The notes under the pieces are model-generated. The model was not told where the DNA came from. It saw nothing but the letters and a program-made list of their open reading frames with translations, and did no database searches. From Eledone cirrhosa (Eukaryota), in assembly GCA_964016885.1 (NCBI GenBank), contig OZ024743.1, forward strand, positions 72,478,001 through 72,542,000: a stretch of DNA of 64,000 nt, written 5' to 3'. Numbering within the stretch: the first letter of the stretch is position 1; every line of letters starts with the position of its first letter. The position numbers and the translations under genes were made by a program. This document shows, piece by piece, positions 23,264 through 37,486 of this stretch.

Positions 23264-26200
23264 TAACGAAATGGATAATAATAAAGTTGATGGCTGGGCA
23301 TGGAAACCGGTGAAGGAATATAGCCTCTAGTTGTGATCGTCTTGTGTTTGAAGAAGTTGAGAGGAAATGCCAGGTGTTGTCGGAGTATGAGTAAGAGGGG
23401 TTTCTAGTGAATTAATTTTTCAGATGTTTTGTTATATTATGTATAATAAATGAAATGACCCGCAATTACCACAAACAAGAAATAAGATATACCAAAAGTA
23501 GAGCTTCAATAAATTTAAAGAAGATTTACTCCGCACAAATGTTGAAGCAGAAGCTCTAATCTTATAGAATCGTACAGTAATTGAATGGCAATAATTGTTC
23601 CAAAAGAATGAAACCTATTGTAAATATATGTAGTGAAGCAAATGTATCTTTTTTCGATCTGTCAAAACATACTGGCATGGCTGGAAATTGGATTAACGAA
23701 AAAGTGATTTATTGGAGAAATAATATATTTCTGTTAGCGATGATAATTCAACCATTATAAGTAATATGTGAAGCAACATCGAATAGTGTCGAGAAATGAA
23801 GGAGACGTAAGCTTCCGATGTAAATAAAGTATAGCCGTCCACAGATAATATGCTACATGGAACACAATTAAATGCCGTAGTGAACTCAAGCCAATTTAAA
23901 TGTTCATATGCTCTGAATAAAGTTTGGGGGGCTATCAATGCATCTAACGGTGTAAGCACTACTATATTATGAAGCCTTTTTAATTCGAAATAGAGTAATA
24001 TCAAAATAACGATTCAATCGTTAAATACTGTCATTCAGTTTTTTTCCATTGATACATAGTGAAGTTCTATTTTCACAATAAATGATATGGGTTACCTGAA
24101 GTAAGGGAATGCTAGCAAAAATAGTTTTAAAAGCCTATAAAAAGCGAAAGGAAAGATATTGTAATATGAGAAAACTACAGTCTGGGAAAGCGTAAACTAG
24201 TTTATGAAATCAGACAGTTGAATATATTATTCCGTTCTACCGAAATAATTGGAAATATAGGAACATTAGCATATTTTTGTGACAGTTTATAGAAACAAAT
24301 ATTCCCTGAAAATGAGCTTGAAGCCTGGTTTATATTTCCTTTTCGTCTTTGGTAGTGACACAATAATATATTTACTTTGATGTTATTATATACTCTGATG
24401 TGGAAACGTCTCTACGTTTATTGTAATTCAATATAATGATGTCTACTTTAGGCGCAAAGCAATACATTTTTACGGAAGGGAAATCGAGTGACTGTTACTT
24501 TATTTCCTCGAACCCTGAATTAAGAAAAGCAAAGTTAACATTAGTTGGATTTATACTTAGAAGGCAAAAGTTTGTAATTAACTGTTACAAAACATTCTTT
24601 CAGTACCTTTAACATTTCCGCCATTCCACCATAATGTTGCAAGTTAATATAAGCACCAAAATGTAATAGCTGAAAACAAAAAAACAAATCCCTTCGATGA
24701 ATATGAAGTTGTGTGAAACTACATTATGGGAATTATGGACTGTGCTAATGTGATATCGCGAGGTTTTCTTATTTGTGTAATTTGTGTAGCATTAAGTATT
24801 AATCGTGGACCCATGCTCATTTTAATGAATACTATTAAATTTAAATCGACAAGCATATTGTATGAATGTTCTATGGATAATAGTCTGTCCATCAAATCCA
24901 GTAGAATGGAAATAAGCCTTGGAAAACGATACATGAATTGGAAAACTAGAAACAAAAACTTTACTTCTATCACTCAAATACACCTAGTATTTAGATACTT
25001 GTTTTTTATTTATTATTTTGATATTTACAAAATAGGAAAGAATTTCTTCAGTGAAAACTTTTTTTTATTTTGGCATGATAATTTCACGTAAAATAAAATA
25101 TGTTTTCTTGTATAAAATACGATGCTACAAGTTCTATATCCACTACCACCATAGGTTAGTCAGGAAGACAGCAATCTGCTATATTCTGTCAGTGAGGCGG
25201 TACTACGGTTGATCTGTCATTCCTTACTCTTTCGTATCACGTCCCTCACATCAATAGCCATTCTCTGTCTCCCTCTCCTTCGTCCTCTCTCAATCTCTCT
25301 CATGCCATTACAATTCAACCGGTTTATTCTTTCCAATATTTCATACAATTTATTAAATCACTAGCATTAAGTATTTTCCAAGCTTTGCTTTATTCAACAT
25401 ACTGCAATTATTATTCTGCCAACGATTATTATTATGTTGAAGAATAAATAACTATTTTAAATAACAGATTATTTTTTACGCTGTACATTATGTGAAATTT
25501 ACGTCAACCATAACTAGAATGGTATAGGAACACTTGATGCTTTTGAATAACTTTTCTATCGCGCTACACAAGTTGTAGGGCTCATTCTACATGGTCTGTA
25601 TAACACTGCCTCATTACCATATCACCAAGCCCGGCAAACCACATTACATTTCATCTACATTCAATCGTATATTTCCTTTCTTTTCTTCCAATCAATTCAT
25701 ATCTGTTACCGTTGTGACTCCTCAGAAAATATAGGATTTACTAATAAGGAATAAATAGAAACAAAATAAAATCAATACATCTAATTAAGTATGTTATTTA
25801 TTATAATCGTTTTGTAAACTATATCATCTGAATTATCATCCATTTATAAATATCAAACATTTAAATTATTATCTGCACATTCCAATTTTTACTGTTACAG
25901 GGATTTGCTCATAAACAAGCGACGGAATGATTAGGGTTTAGGTGGAACATTTATTACAACTTTTCAATATTGTAGTTGTTAGTGTCATTGCTAGTGTGTT
26001 TGCACTTGACATTTTCTGTTTCCTAGACTTAGCTGATTCCTTTTCAACAAGTTTTTATAATCTCCTTATAACATATTCCACATTCCATTATGTTAGTTTG
26101 TTTACCCTTATTGTTTAATTGATGGGTATAATGTGTGTTATGATGTAGAGGTTGTTGAAGCCGTTCACGCGCTCAACCTCACATCTTTCAGTATTATAGC

Positions 26201-27449
26201 TCAAGTGATGATATAAGAATCCCACTCAAACTCTATGCATGTTTTCACTAAAAACCAAAATCCTTCTGTTAGCTCTCCAGGTGTGTCTAAAAATGTATCG
26301 AAAGGTTTTCCAATCCTTTGTCTTCTACGTATATCTGAAAACAGTTGTAAGTGTATAAATTCCACATTTCTTCAGAGAAATGTATGATATTATATAAATC
26401 TTCTCTATATACCATTAGATGCCTGCCCTTCCCCAAGTGACATATTTTCACTTCCGTTGATGTGGACACCATTAATGACAAATGACATCTTGCAAAATTT
26501 ATCGTACAACAGCAGCTTAGAGTTTATAAATTAATGTGACAACTATCAAGAGCTAAATCATGCTACTTTTTATGATCTGCACACAATCAGCATCACTATC
26601 GTCATAAACATTAACATCATTGCCGTTGTCGTCGTCCATGTTGCTGTCATCCCTCTCTACATCTTCCTCGTCATCTTTTTCACCGGCATTGTCATTGCCA
26701 CTGTCATCGTTGGCACCATCTTCCTTGTCATTGTCATCATCATCATCCCAATTGCCGTTGTCTTGGTTGTCACAGTCCTCCTCGTGATCATCATCATCAT
26801 CATAATCGTCATCATCATCATTGTCATCATCATAATCATAATTATTGTACTTGACATAATTGGAATCATAATTCTCCCGTTTTTTTATTTTTTTATTGTC
26901 TCTCGAAAATTGATTACTGAAAATAATACAGCCTTCCGGCAAAACAAGAAGATACATTAAATTAGATTAAACAGATGTTGTTCCAGTCTTGAACATTTCA
27001 ATGCAGTGATTGTAAGTGAAACGTTGAAATATATTAAATCTAAAGAAGGTATTATTTATTTAGTTAAAATAGACCTCTAACTACAGACAAGAAACGGAGC
27101 GAAGTTAGTAAACCATTGCCAACAGAATTAACGTAACAAGATTCCAAGTATGCGTTTGATGATTGAAGGAAACACTGATAATAAATGAAACATATATCCA
27201 ATTTTGATCTGCTAATGTAATTAAAATATAGACAACGCGAAATAACTCCAGAAGGCCAACCTTAGTACATAAACCGCATATAGTTTAATTTATTTTAATG
27301 TACTCTAATGTGATCTTACCCATAGTTAAGACAGATTAATATTTGTGTTTGTCAGCATCTCTGAATTTTATACTAAGTGTTATTATTCACTGAGATCTAA
27401 TATATATGACTGACTATTTTTCTTATATAAATAGATATATTAATTAGTC

Positions 27450-27792
27450 TGCTTTTGGCACAAGGCCAGCAATTATCCCAATGCATTATTGGTACTTCAT
27501 TAATAATGCATTGGGATAATTGCTGGCCTTGTGCAAAAAGTAGAAACAAGTAATATATATATTTATATAAGAAAATTAATCAGTCATATATATATATTAA
27601 TTGATTCTACTTTTTGGCACAAGGTCAGTAATTTACTCAGTACATTACTGGTACTTTATTTTATCGACCCCGTAAGGATGAAAGGCAAAGTTAAACTCGG
27701 CGGGATTTTAACTCAGAATGGCAAGGGCCGTAACTCTATGCGTCAAAGCATGGCGTCCGACGCCTCTACCGATACTGCCAATCCACCACCCT
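27450..27792 (-). mobile_element. SINE family A copy preceded by a palindrome of two SINE 3' ends
   Basis: 27456-27535 gcacaaggccagcaattatcccaatgcattatt..aataatgcattgggataattgctggccttgtgc; full copy at 27600-27792. Confidence 0.88.
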
Positions 27793-28088
27793 ATTTATAC
27801 TTCGAATCCACCACCCTATATATATATTAATGTTTATATTTAAGGGGTGGTGTACACACTGAGTAACATAACGACTACTTTTACAATTATTTGACGGAAG
27901 TAAATGTAGCGGTAGATAATTTTAAGAAAGTTAGGATTAATGTAAGTCCAAAATATGAACAATAGTAAATTCAGGGAACAATTTAGCCGAAAATAATAAA
28001 AAAGAAATGCTTATAAATATACAAAAATGCAACTAATATTAATAACATCATAAACAAACATTACGAATGTTATGAGGAAGGAAGTTGT

Positions 28089-28151
<63 letters not shown>

Positions 28152-28259
28152 TAAAATAACTGTTATTTTAATAAATATTTGCTCTACGGTTCTTATATAT
28201 TTGATATATATTTATCCTTATGTAAAACGTTCTAGTCATATTCACTTTGAGATTCATCA

Positions 28260-28410
28260 AATAATTGCTTCTACTGTTGGCACAAGGCCAGCAATTATCC
28301 CAGTGTATTACCGGTGCTTTATTTTATCGACCCCGTAAGGATGAAAGTCAAAGTTAACCTCGGCGGGATTTGAACCATAAAGGGCCATAATTCCTTGCTG
28401 CAAAGCATGG
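28260..28410 (-). mobile_element. SINE family A, partial
   Basis: Family core present. Confidence 0.85.
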
Positions 28411-30833
28411 ATTCATCAAATAATAAGCTATCAAAAACAATGACTAAACGACAACCGGAGCATTCAAGATAATTACAAAAAAATGTAGGTATTTACTGAG
28501 AATTTCACATAAGAATATCTAAAACCTAGCAAAGAATGTTTGAAACGATGAAAAGAAAAAACGCACAAAAATGTACAAAACAAAACAAACAACGAAAACT
28601 TAATGAAATAAACAAAATACACATAAACATGTTCCGGTTTTATTGCACCTTATAAATAAAAAAACCTAATTACTTAAAATGTGTGGCCATTATCATGCCT
28701 TGTGTCCGGCAAATAATTATAGAATTTTCACTCTAGACTCAGTTAATTTTGAAAGATTAAGTGTTAATATTGTTTAAAGTATTTCTAATTGTCTTTGACT
28801 TTCGATAGTAATTGCTATAGGGTGTGTACTTTGCCACAGCCTCGATTAAACTTTCAGTTTATTTAGAATTTGTTTCACCTGTCATTCAGTACAATGTCCT
28901 TTCAACTATTTTTCCTCATATAACTCTATTAACTCAGGGCAGATCTCAATACCACATATGCTATAGAAATGTTTTAGTAACTGCTAAGAAACACTTGCAA
29001 CTAATATTTCAAATAGGTTTTATCATTCCTTGTTTCCGATTTTCCTTTTCTTTTTCTTTTTTCTTTTTCTTATATCACACATTAGCCCTCAATATTTGAA
29101 ATAGTTCTTTTATACATTTTTTCCCCTTTTTAAATTGTTTTATTACTTGACACACTAGCAATTTTTTCTTACTAACTGAAAGGAGTACTCAGTACTTCCC
29201 GTAGTCTGCCATGGCTTAATAACTCTATGCTGACGTTTGGATAGATTAAATAAGTAAATATGTACGAATATTGACATTTAGAGTGTAGCTTTTAATATAA
29301 ATTATTAGAAGTTAAGAATTTTATGTTTATAATATTTGTTTAGGTGTGCATGATAGTTTCGGTGGTATGGTTTTTAACACCAGAGATACAATATCTCCTT
29401 TAAGCCATTAATCTTGATAGCCCATAGATGAATTCAATACATTACCATTTTATGTTTATCACGTTGTATGTAGGAAATACTATAATGCAGTATATCATAT
29501 CACTTGCAAAATACTACATCATTTAATAACTAGTATAAACAATGCAATGATTAGTTTACAGTGGTTGAATTGAGATATAACCGGGGGGGGGGGGGGGGCA
29601 CATGGTATTGTGATTGAAATGTAAGCACATATTTGAAACTCCCCTAAATTTAACTGGTTCGAGCTGAATTCAATGTATTGCATATACAGAAAAATACAGA
29701 ATTTCAGCAGTTGTTTACTATCAACAATATATAAAATGTATTTGTTTTAAAACACATAACGTTTGCTTAGCATCTTCCTAAATTTGATTCGATAGACATG
29801 TTCAAATATGACCCTGAGATTACAATGCTGTCTTTTTTATGACAGTGTACATCCTTTTGGTTGGTAAGCTTTAATTTGAAAGCAATTTGGCTGGTTGAAG
29901 TACCCGTGTTTCAACGCAGTGCAGTAATGGTAAACTATCTGTTTAGAAGAATTGGGAAGGATTTGAGTGTTATGTCTATCAGGTCGATTGTCAGATTTAT
30001 TTCATTGGTTCGTTTTTTATCATATCTAATTACGAAGACTTTGAAACAATTAACGCTTCAGTAAACGTAAAGGTGAATAACGACCGTCAGCTCAATACGA
30101 ATTTAGCTGATAAAATGATTCTATATACTAGAGAAACGTGTTTGAACGTCCTGTAAATTGTGAAAACGTTCCGTCATTACACTCAGTCAGGCAGGAAAAT
30201 TAAATAATTGCAAACTAAGTTGAAGTGATATAATAATGTGTAATAATTTATATTTTAAGATTGTTTATATTAGCGAGAATGAGGAAAAGCGATATGTAAT
30301 GCGGCAAAATTGCACGCCATCACTACATTTATGATAATGGACAGCTTATTAATTCAAAGGGAGGGGTAAATAGATTAAATAATGTAAAGCTAGTAGCGTA
30401 TCACGTTAATGTTTCACGCTGTCTTTTAACAGAAAAACCTATTATATACCTGTATGAGGTGTAAAATAGCGGTATATTATCTATTAGAAATAAGGAGCGT
30501 TTGGTAGAGTTCAAAGCCCACCACAACAAGAATACGCCTTTAATGATGTAGGAAATGTTACAACAAGTCGGCGACAGTCAGTGGGCGGAAGTGGTACAAC
30601 GTCAGACATTAAATCATATGGTAGTGTATGTCCAGGTCTTTACGTTCTGACGGCAAAACCAGAAAGATTGTTCGAAGCTGTATCTAATTTCACTTTAAAA
30701 TTCATCAAAATCTTTCGACAGAGAGAGGTGACGCTTTCGTTGCACAACTGTAGGTCATTCATTACAATTTATTTCTATATGAAATAAAACACACACGTAT
30801 AGTCATCTTTCTCGCCCCCCCCCCCCTTTCTCA

Positions 30834-30882
<49 letters not shown>

Positions 30883-31461
30883 GAAGTGGTTACACAACAG
30901 CTAGTTCACCATACCGAGAACAATTGTTTCACCTTAGCGGATCTTCAGTTCGGGATGGGCATTGTTATAGGAACAGAAAGGAAAACCGTACGAACGCGCA
31001 TGCGCATAAACCCGGTCACTTCACACAGACAATGCGTGCGAGTGGTGTAAGGGAGATAACTGCGAAAGTCCGAAAAGTTTTTAGGTTGAAAATAAAATAA
31101 AAATACAAAGAATCAGTCCGGAGCCTTTTAGTTATGTAATAGGTGTTTGGCGACGTGTGGACAACGTGTGAAAAATTCACTCGCGTGTTTAGGCAATCAC
31201 TATTGCGTAATCTCGTTAGAATAGTTAGACGTTCGTCAATACATAAGCCACACGTCGGATTTCTCCTTGCGTATGGTTTCTACTTAGTGATAGCTTTCCA
31301 TTGGATGGAGTAGTCTGTATTTGAGTACTTGGGGGACCATACGTGGCTCGGGAGTTTCGTGGATGAACGTCTGTGCGGGTATCTGAAGGTAGATTCAAGG
31401 AACGTTTCCTGAACCACCAGTCTACCTTCAGATACCCGGACAGACGTTCATCCACGAAACT
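30883..31461 (-). mobile_element. Naiad-type PLE 3' fragment with 5' inversion and terminal HHR
   Basis: Minus strand TFRYPHRRSSTKLPSHVW..IQWKAI..KPY..CGLCIDERLTIL..LNTR/SEFFTRCPH. The plus strand at 31393-31461 (FKERFLNHQSTFRYP) is the inverted piece. Abuts (TA)n. Confidence 0.82.
30914..30953 (-). ncRNA. Minimal type I hammerhead ribozyme
   Basis: ccgaa-CTGAAGA-tccgctaaggt-GAAA-c aatt g-TT-ctcgg; palindromic loop III. Confidence 0.65.
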
Positions 31462-32132
31462 GTAATTAGGGTGATCAAAGCTGACTCTTCTTCGACATCT
31501 CAAATATGTGAGGAGTTTTCATGCGTGATCCACATCTATATATATGCATCCGCATGTTGTTGTACGACTGAGAGGAAAGAGTACTCAAACTGAAGTATAG
31601 TTTTAATATTCATTTTATTAAGCCTGAATCTGTTTACATGACATGAAATAGATTACATACACGTATAGGTGAGAGTGTCTGTATAACTATACTTCAATAG
31701 AAAAACAGTTTATATGTACTGGTACATTTATATATTCTACTTAAATATTATCTTAACATTAAAATTAGCAATAAATGTTAACATACCGTACATTTAACTA
31801 CAAACAATTAGCTAAATAGAGATTCCATTTAAACTGAATGTAGTCTAGATAGATAAAACAATAACAGACGTTAAAAATGCTAAACACCATACATTTGAAA
31901 ACAACACTGTTACTAAGGTACTAAATATCTTGAGATGTTTAATTCCACCTCAATAACGTTTTTGTAGCGGAAACCTACTTAAGATGCCGACTTTTTTCGC
32001 AGTAAGACTAACTCTTGGTGCTTTATTAATGCAAGCTTTTCACTATTCCTTCCAATATAATATTTAGAACTATCCATTATAACAAGTATATACACATATA
32101 CATATAATTACACATACACACATACACAAATG

Positions 32133-32192
<60 letters not shown>

Positions 32193-32269
32193 ATAATAAT
32201 ACAACTGAAGACTAAAATCCAAAGAGGGCTCGATAAGGAAAATATATATCAAATATATAAGAACCGTAG

Positions 32270-33260
32270 AGCAAATAACCTCTCTATACAGGTTGAAGCC
32301 AATCTCTCGGTCGTTAATTACCTCGACGTTACCCTCAATTTATTGAATGGGTTGTATTACCCGTATAGAAAGCCGAATGATACGCTTAATTACATAAGTA
32401 AGCATTCCAACCATCCTGCCAGCATAACCAAGAACCTGGTAAAAAACGTTTCGTTGAGGCTTTCCCGTCTTTCCACCAACGAGCGCATTTTCAACGACCA
32501 TTCCACATATTACAATGAAGCACTTGCTCGAAGTGGATTTGTCGATAAGGTAGCATATATAGAGTACGAAAATAGACCTAGAAGAAATAGATCCCGTCGC
32601 ATTTGTTGGTTTAACCCACCATATAATATGGAGGTGGCCACACCATTAGCTAAGACCTTTCTTTCCCTTATTACGAAGCACTTTCCCCCTACACATAAAT
32701 ATAGTAAAATTGTTAATAGAAATAGTATTAACATTTCTTACTCTACGACTCCTAACCTTGCACATAACATCACAGCTTCAAATTTAGGTAAACTACCTAG
32801 CCGTAGGAACACGTGCAACCCTGTAGTTAGTACTAACTGTACTTGTAGGAATCGGGCTGATTGCCCCTATCCGGGAAATGCCTCTCTAGTAACATTGTCT
32901 ACAAATGTAAGGTTGTAACACCCACGTCCCGTAGGGCCTACATAGGGTTAACCGCCAATAGTTTCAAGCAGCGTCTTTACATGCATACCCATTCTTTTCG
33001 TTACCCTCTAAGAAGGAATATGACGTCACTTTCAGCTTATATCTGGAGTCTAAAAGACAACCACACCCAATATAAGTTACACTGGGAGATCCTAGCTAGG
33101 GCTAGATCGTATAACGGAAATAAAAGACCATGTGACCTCTGCGCCGCTGAGGCCCTGGAAATACTCTACGCCACAGACCACATCTTAAACAAAAAATCTG
33201 AGGCAATTTCGGCTTGTAAACATAAATTGCACAAAACCTTCCTGTATTACAGCCCCACGT
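32270..33260 (+). pseudogene. PLE RT thumb + CxCx5C linker + GIY-YIG endonuclease (one frameshift near 32870)
   Basis: NYLDVTLNL..YRKPN..SNHP..WFNPPY..CTCRNRADCP / GKCL..NIVY..YIGLT..FKQR..H..LSAYIW..CDLCAAE..LNKKSE..CKH. Confidence 0.9.
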
Positions 33261-34202
33261 TATACCATAACGGATACCACGATCTATACGTGGATATTTT
33301 ACGTCTTGATGTGGGAGCTAAGTATATGTTTTGTTTATTCCTTTACTTATTTGCATAGGTAAGTATATATTACCCGTATGTTTTGTGAAGGTATGTATAG
33401 CTTCTCGTACGTATATTTGACTGTTTGGCGTATAATTTTTACATATTCTGGTATTTAGGGTTTGGCTATGTGTACACGGGAGTTTTGCGTCTGCGTGAGT
33501 ATGCAGGTTCGTACGTATGGTGGGTGTGTGTATATGTGTACTTCTTGTTTTAGTTGACTTACGTCTCCGAACATTCGTGTATTTATTTGTAGGTATGTGT
33601 GTGCTCTTGTTATATACGTATTTATTTACTTATATACGTTTATATAATTATTTAATTATTTGTACACAAGCATACACACACATATTTATATGTGCATGGT
33701 TTTGTATACCTATGGTAAGGTTTTGCGTATGCTTGTGTATGTACGTATCTGTTTGCGTGTATGTATTTATTTGTTTCTATTACTTCTGTATTGTATTTAT
33801 TTACTTTGTTCTTAACTCTGTAGCGGAGATTCATTTGGTCTCCTAGTTAGAATTTTAGTCTACGACTTCTGCTATACCATTTACGTGGTTTTGTCTTTGC
33901 GTGCTATTGTTGTCCACGCTCCACATATGACTTATTATCTTCGTTTTTTCCGTTCATTGCCAGAGAACGTCTCTATGCACCACCTAAGAGAACATTAGTC
34001 TACGGCCTCTTTTATACCATAAACGTGGTTCTGTCTTTGCGCGTAATTGTTTTTCACCGCTCCTATTAATGACGTATTATACGTTTTTTCCCGTTCTTTG
34101 CCAGCGAACGTTTCCACGAACCAAAGTATCGTCTTCCTGTCTTCCTCCGGTTGCAACGTTTTTTTGAAATATCCAGTTCTGCGTTTACAGATTGACTTTG
34201 TT

Positions 34203-34253
34203 AGTTTCAGAAGATCCCGTTAAGGGTGAAAGCAGCGATTCTTTGCTTAAACT
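34203..34253 (+). ncRNA. Type I hammerhead (U4A core variant)
   Basis: agttt-CAGAAGA-tccc gttaa gggt-GAAA-gca..tgc-TT-aaact; all three stems pair. Confidence 0.6.
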
Positions 34254-34272
34254 TTAATCTGTTATTTTAATA

Positions 34273-34309
<37 letters not shown>

Positions 34310-34357
34310 ATATATATATATTAGTGAGTAAGTATATTCTTTATATATACACACATG

Positions 34358-34393
<36 letters not shown>

Positions 34394-34414
34394 CGTGTGT
34401 GTATACATATATAT

Positions 34415-34461
<47 letters not shown>

Positions 34462-34511
34462 TATGTATATACATATATATATATATACACATATATTTAC
34501 ACCCACACATA

Positions 34512-34545
<34 letters not shown>

Positions 34546-34546
<1 letters not shown>

Positions 34547-35340
34547 AAATAAAGTTAAATAAAAACTCCAATGTTTTATATTTAGCTTCGTTTATACTGC
34601 TTATATATTTCAGTGACAGCCATCTTTGGCTGTGACCTCTTCAGGCAGTCCGAATTAGTGTGGTATACACAAGTACATATGTTGTTGAGGTATATAATTT
34701 TGTCAATACTCTGATATGTCCAGTCCTGGTTAGGTTGTTATTTCTCTGAGGAACTGGAATCATATGAATTCAAACAAACGAATTTCATTGTCAAAGGTCC
34801 ACGTCTACTCTCATTGGTCAGTTGTTAGAACATTCCTCATTCTAAGTGTTGTCATTGTTGGAGTTAGCTTAAAAAATTGATAAAGTGGTAGAGGGAACAA
34901 GGTGGTAAAGAACAAAATAACAAAAAAAAAGTGTCAAACTTCCCATTGGTCAGTTTTGAGAGCATTCCTCAGTCAGAAGTCTATAGAATTCTTTCTGGGG
35001 TGAGGCTCCCTGTAGTGTTTGTGTTTGCTATTGTTATGTACATTTGACCTCTACCATTATGTCCGTAGTGTTGTTGGTGTTGTGGTCAGCTTATGTCTTG
35101 CTGCTGCTGACAATTTAGAAGTATCTGTGGGTGTTTTTTCTTCATCCCTCCCACCACCATCTCTCATAGTGGTGGTGGTGGTGGTGGGGGGGGGGGGGGG
35201 GGTTCTTCCATGTATATGAAGAAATATAAGGCAATAAATATAAGGCAATAAATGAAGGAGGGTGCGTGTGAGAAAGCTTAAAAATACATAATAGCAATTT
35301 ACATAACTGTTAGAGGTTCAAATAATTTAAATTATTGAAG
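34546..35340 (-). mobile_element. PLE remnant carrying the 11168-family terminal repeat and HHR (34596-34649)
   Basis: 34546-34765 matches 11168-11384. The distal limit is uncertain. Confidence 0.65.
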
Positions 35341-36161
35341 AAAGAAAAAAGAAGAAAGAGAAGAGAGAAACAGATGAGGAGAAAAAATATAGTTACTAGA
35401 AGTATAGCAAGCAAAAGAGAACTGATCAAGGATAGAGAGACAAGGAGTAATAATGTTTATAGTATAAAGCATAGGGAGGGAGGTTTGTATTGTCGTGGAT
35501 GAATAGGGTGTGATTAGAAAATGCAAAAATTATATATATCTATACAAACACATGAATTTAGGCATAGCTTTGTGAAAGATTAAACTCGAATCTTTGAATT
35601 ATTGAATTATCTAGAAGAATCCATCAATCTAAATATTAAATATATCTGGGTGTAATTATATGAAGGTTTAATTTCGAGTCCTTAGTTAATTAGAAATATA
35701 CTAACAATTAATTATATACACTATATATATTCAAACGTATCCGGCTGACCGTTAAATTTAAAATCATTTATGTTACTTTAGAATAATGAATTAATCAAAA
35801 TGTATAATATTTCAGGTTATAAAAGTTTATAAATATCTATATTAATATTAAAGTATACTATTATATTTAATTTCTAAAATCTTATTTAAAGTATCTGCAA
35901 ACATGAGAAGGAATACTTAATATTTTCATCCTCACAAAGGTAATCCATATTAAATGATATTATCTTATATTATATAAAAAAACAATTTTTCATATTGAAA
36001 TAATTCACATTATATAATTTAGAAAATAATTACAATTATAACCTTAAAAATTTAAAATTAACAATTAGAATGCCTTAACGTATCTAAAGGCCTTATAATT
36101 AAACTTAAAAATATATATATATACACACACGTACACCCAATACATTGTGCAGTCAATCTGA

Positions 36162-36163
<2 letters not shown>

Positions 36164-36225
<62 letters not shown>

Positions 36226-36249
36226 ATATATATACAGAGAGAGAGAGAG

Positions 36250-36330
<81 letters not shown>
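36164..36330. repeat. (TC)n then (GA)n, mutually complementary microsatellites
   Basis: Direct observation. Confidence 0.95.
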
Positions 36331-36334
<4 letters not shown>

Positions 36335-36868
36335 GACATCTACGGTTGTGATAATGATTTATTTGTTTGAAATCAACCATTCTTCGTTGGTGGAATACTA
36401 CAGTCTGTTTCAGAAGTGTCCCTTTGAATAATAGTACCTGCAAATCTTGATGTAACTGGCGACTCCTGGAACAGATAGAACTGGCGCAACATGCGCAGTT
36501 CAATTTTATACTATATAGAATCGCAAGTGTATATATGGTGTCCCTGGTCCATTCTCCACCATCAGCAAGGAGTGGGGTACCCACAGGTGTTATCCACGCG
36601 AGCTGGACTTGCTCTCCCTGGCCACGTTGTACTTTACAATCTGTGGGTATGCTGAATCTAGGAGCAGACGATATTAATCTTCGATTCCTCCTCATAGCTG
36701 ATGTTAGCCCTTTCTGAAGTGAATATTCCACGACTCAACGTCCCTGGAGTTGCTCAGTACACGTGGATTCACTATTAGATAGAGATTGGGAGATTAGGTT
36801 TACTAGTATTAACATTATTGTTCAGTTTAATGCTTGATATTGTAAAGAGTTACTCAACGGTAGTGACT

Positions 36869-36919
<51 letters not shown>

Positions 36920-37103
36920 TTATTTATACTTATATATACGCTATATATTATTATAGAGTGGAAAGGTCAGTAATTCGTTATTACCTTGACCTCAACATCT
37001 CCACTCTGTAAATATGACACTGTTGATGACAACATTAATATCTATGTATGTTTATGATTGTTCTGTGGAATAGGAGGTTAATTATATGTCTAAACCTTGC
37101 TTG

Positions 37104-37149
37104 TGCTCCGATGAAACCAAACGAAATTTGGAAGAAACGATTGTCAGCA
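37104..37149 (+). ncRNA. Hammerhead motif (U4C variant)
   Basis: tgct-CCGATGA-aa ccaaa cgaaa tttgg aa-GAAA-c gatt g-TC-agca. Confidence 0.55.
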
Positions 37150-37270
37150 ATAAAATGTTTTGAACATAGTTTTGATTATTCTGTAACTTATATATATATA
37201 TAAGTGGTGTGGGATGCTTAAAGCGTCTCTAAGCGGTATGCCGTTTTGGAAACTCTGCTTCGTAGAATCG

Positions 37271-37367
37271 AGACATATCTAAGGATCTTGCGATTTCAGA
37301 GTCAGGCTTGATCATTGCATCGATCTTGCCTCGAGCTGGTTGCCAGAGAAACGATTGAAATATGTCT
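37271..37367 (+). ncRNA. Degenerate hammerhead with expanded stem II
   Basis: 8-bp stem I agacatat/atatgtct enclosing CTAAGGA..GAAA-cgattg-AA. Confidence 0.45.
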
Positions 37368-37486
37368 GATACATTTTATTCGTCGCACCACTGATTCTCC
37401 GTTTCTTATGTGATATATATATATATATATTTATATACTATAAAATAACAGGAGGCTGGACTGGTATAATTTCTTAAAGGTGTGTT

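Larger units (their letters stand above)
32190..34272 (+). mobile_element. 5'-truncated Naiad-type Penelope-like retroelement inserted in (TA)n
   Basis: RT C-terminus plus GIY-YIG, long 3' UTR with an internal ~140-bp duplication, terminal HHR, TA tracts on both sides. Confidence 0.9.

Noticed and set aside
31353-31460. 40-bp-stem hairpin as a pre-miRNA
   Set aside because: Both arms encode the same GIY-YIG peptide (TFRYP.RRSSTKL), so it is the 5' inversion of a PLE insertion.
32830-33230. Selenoprotein-type Naiad
   Set aside because: The conserved Cys codons are TGT/TGC, there is no in-frame TGA, and no convincing SECIS was seen in the 3' UTR.
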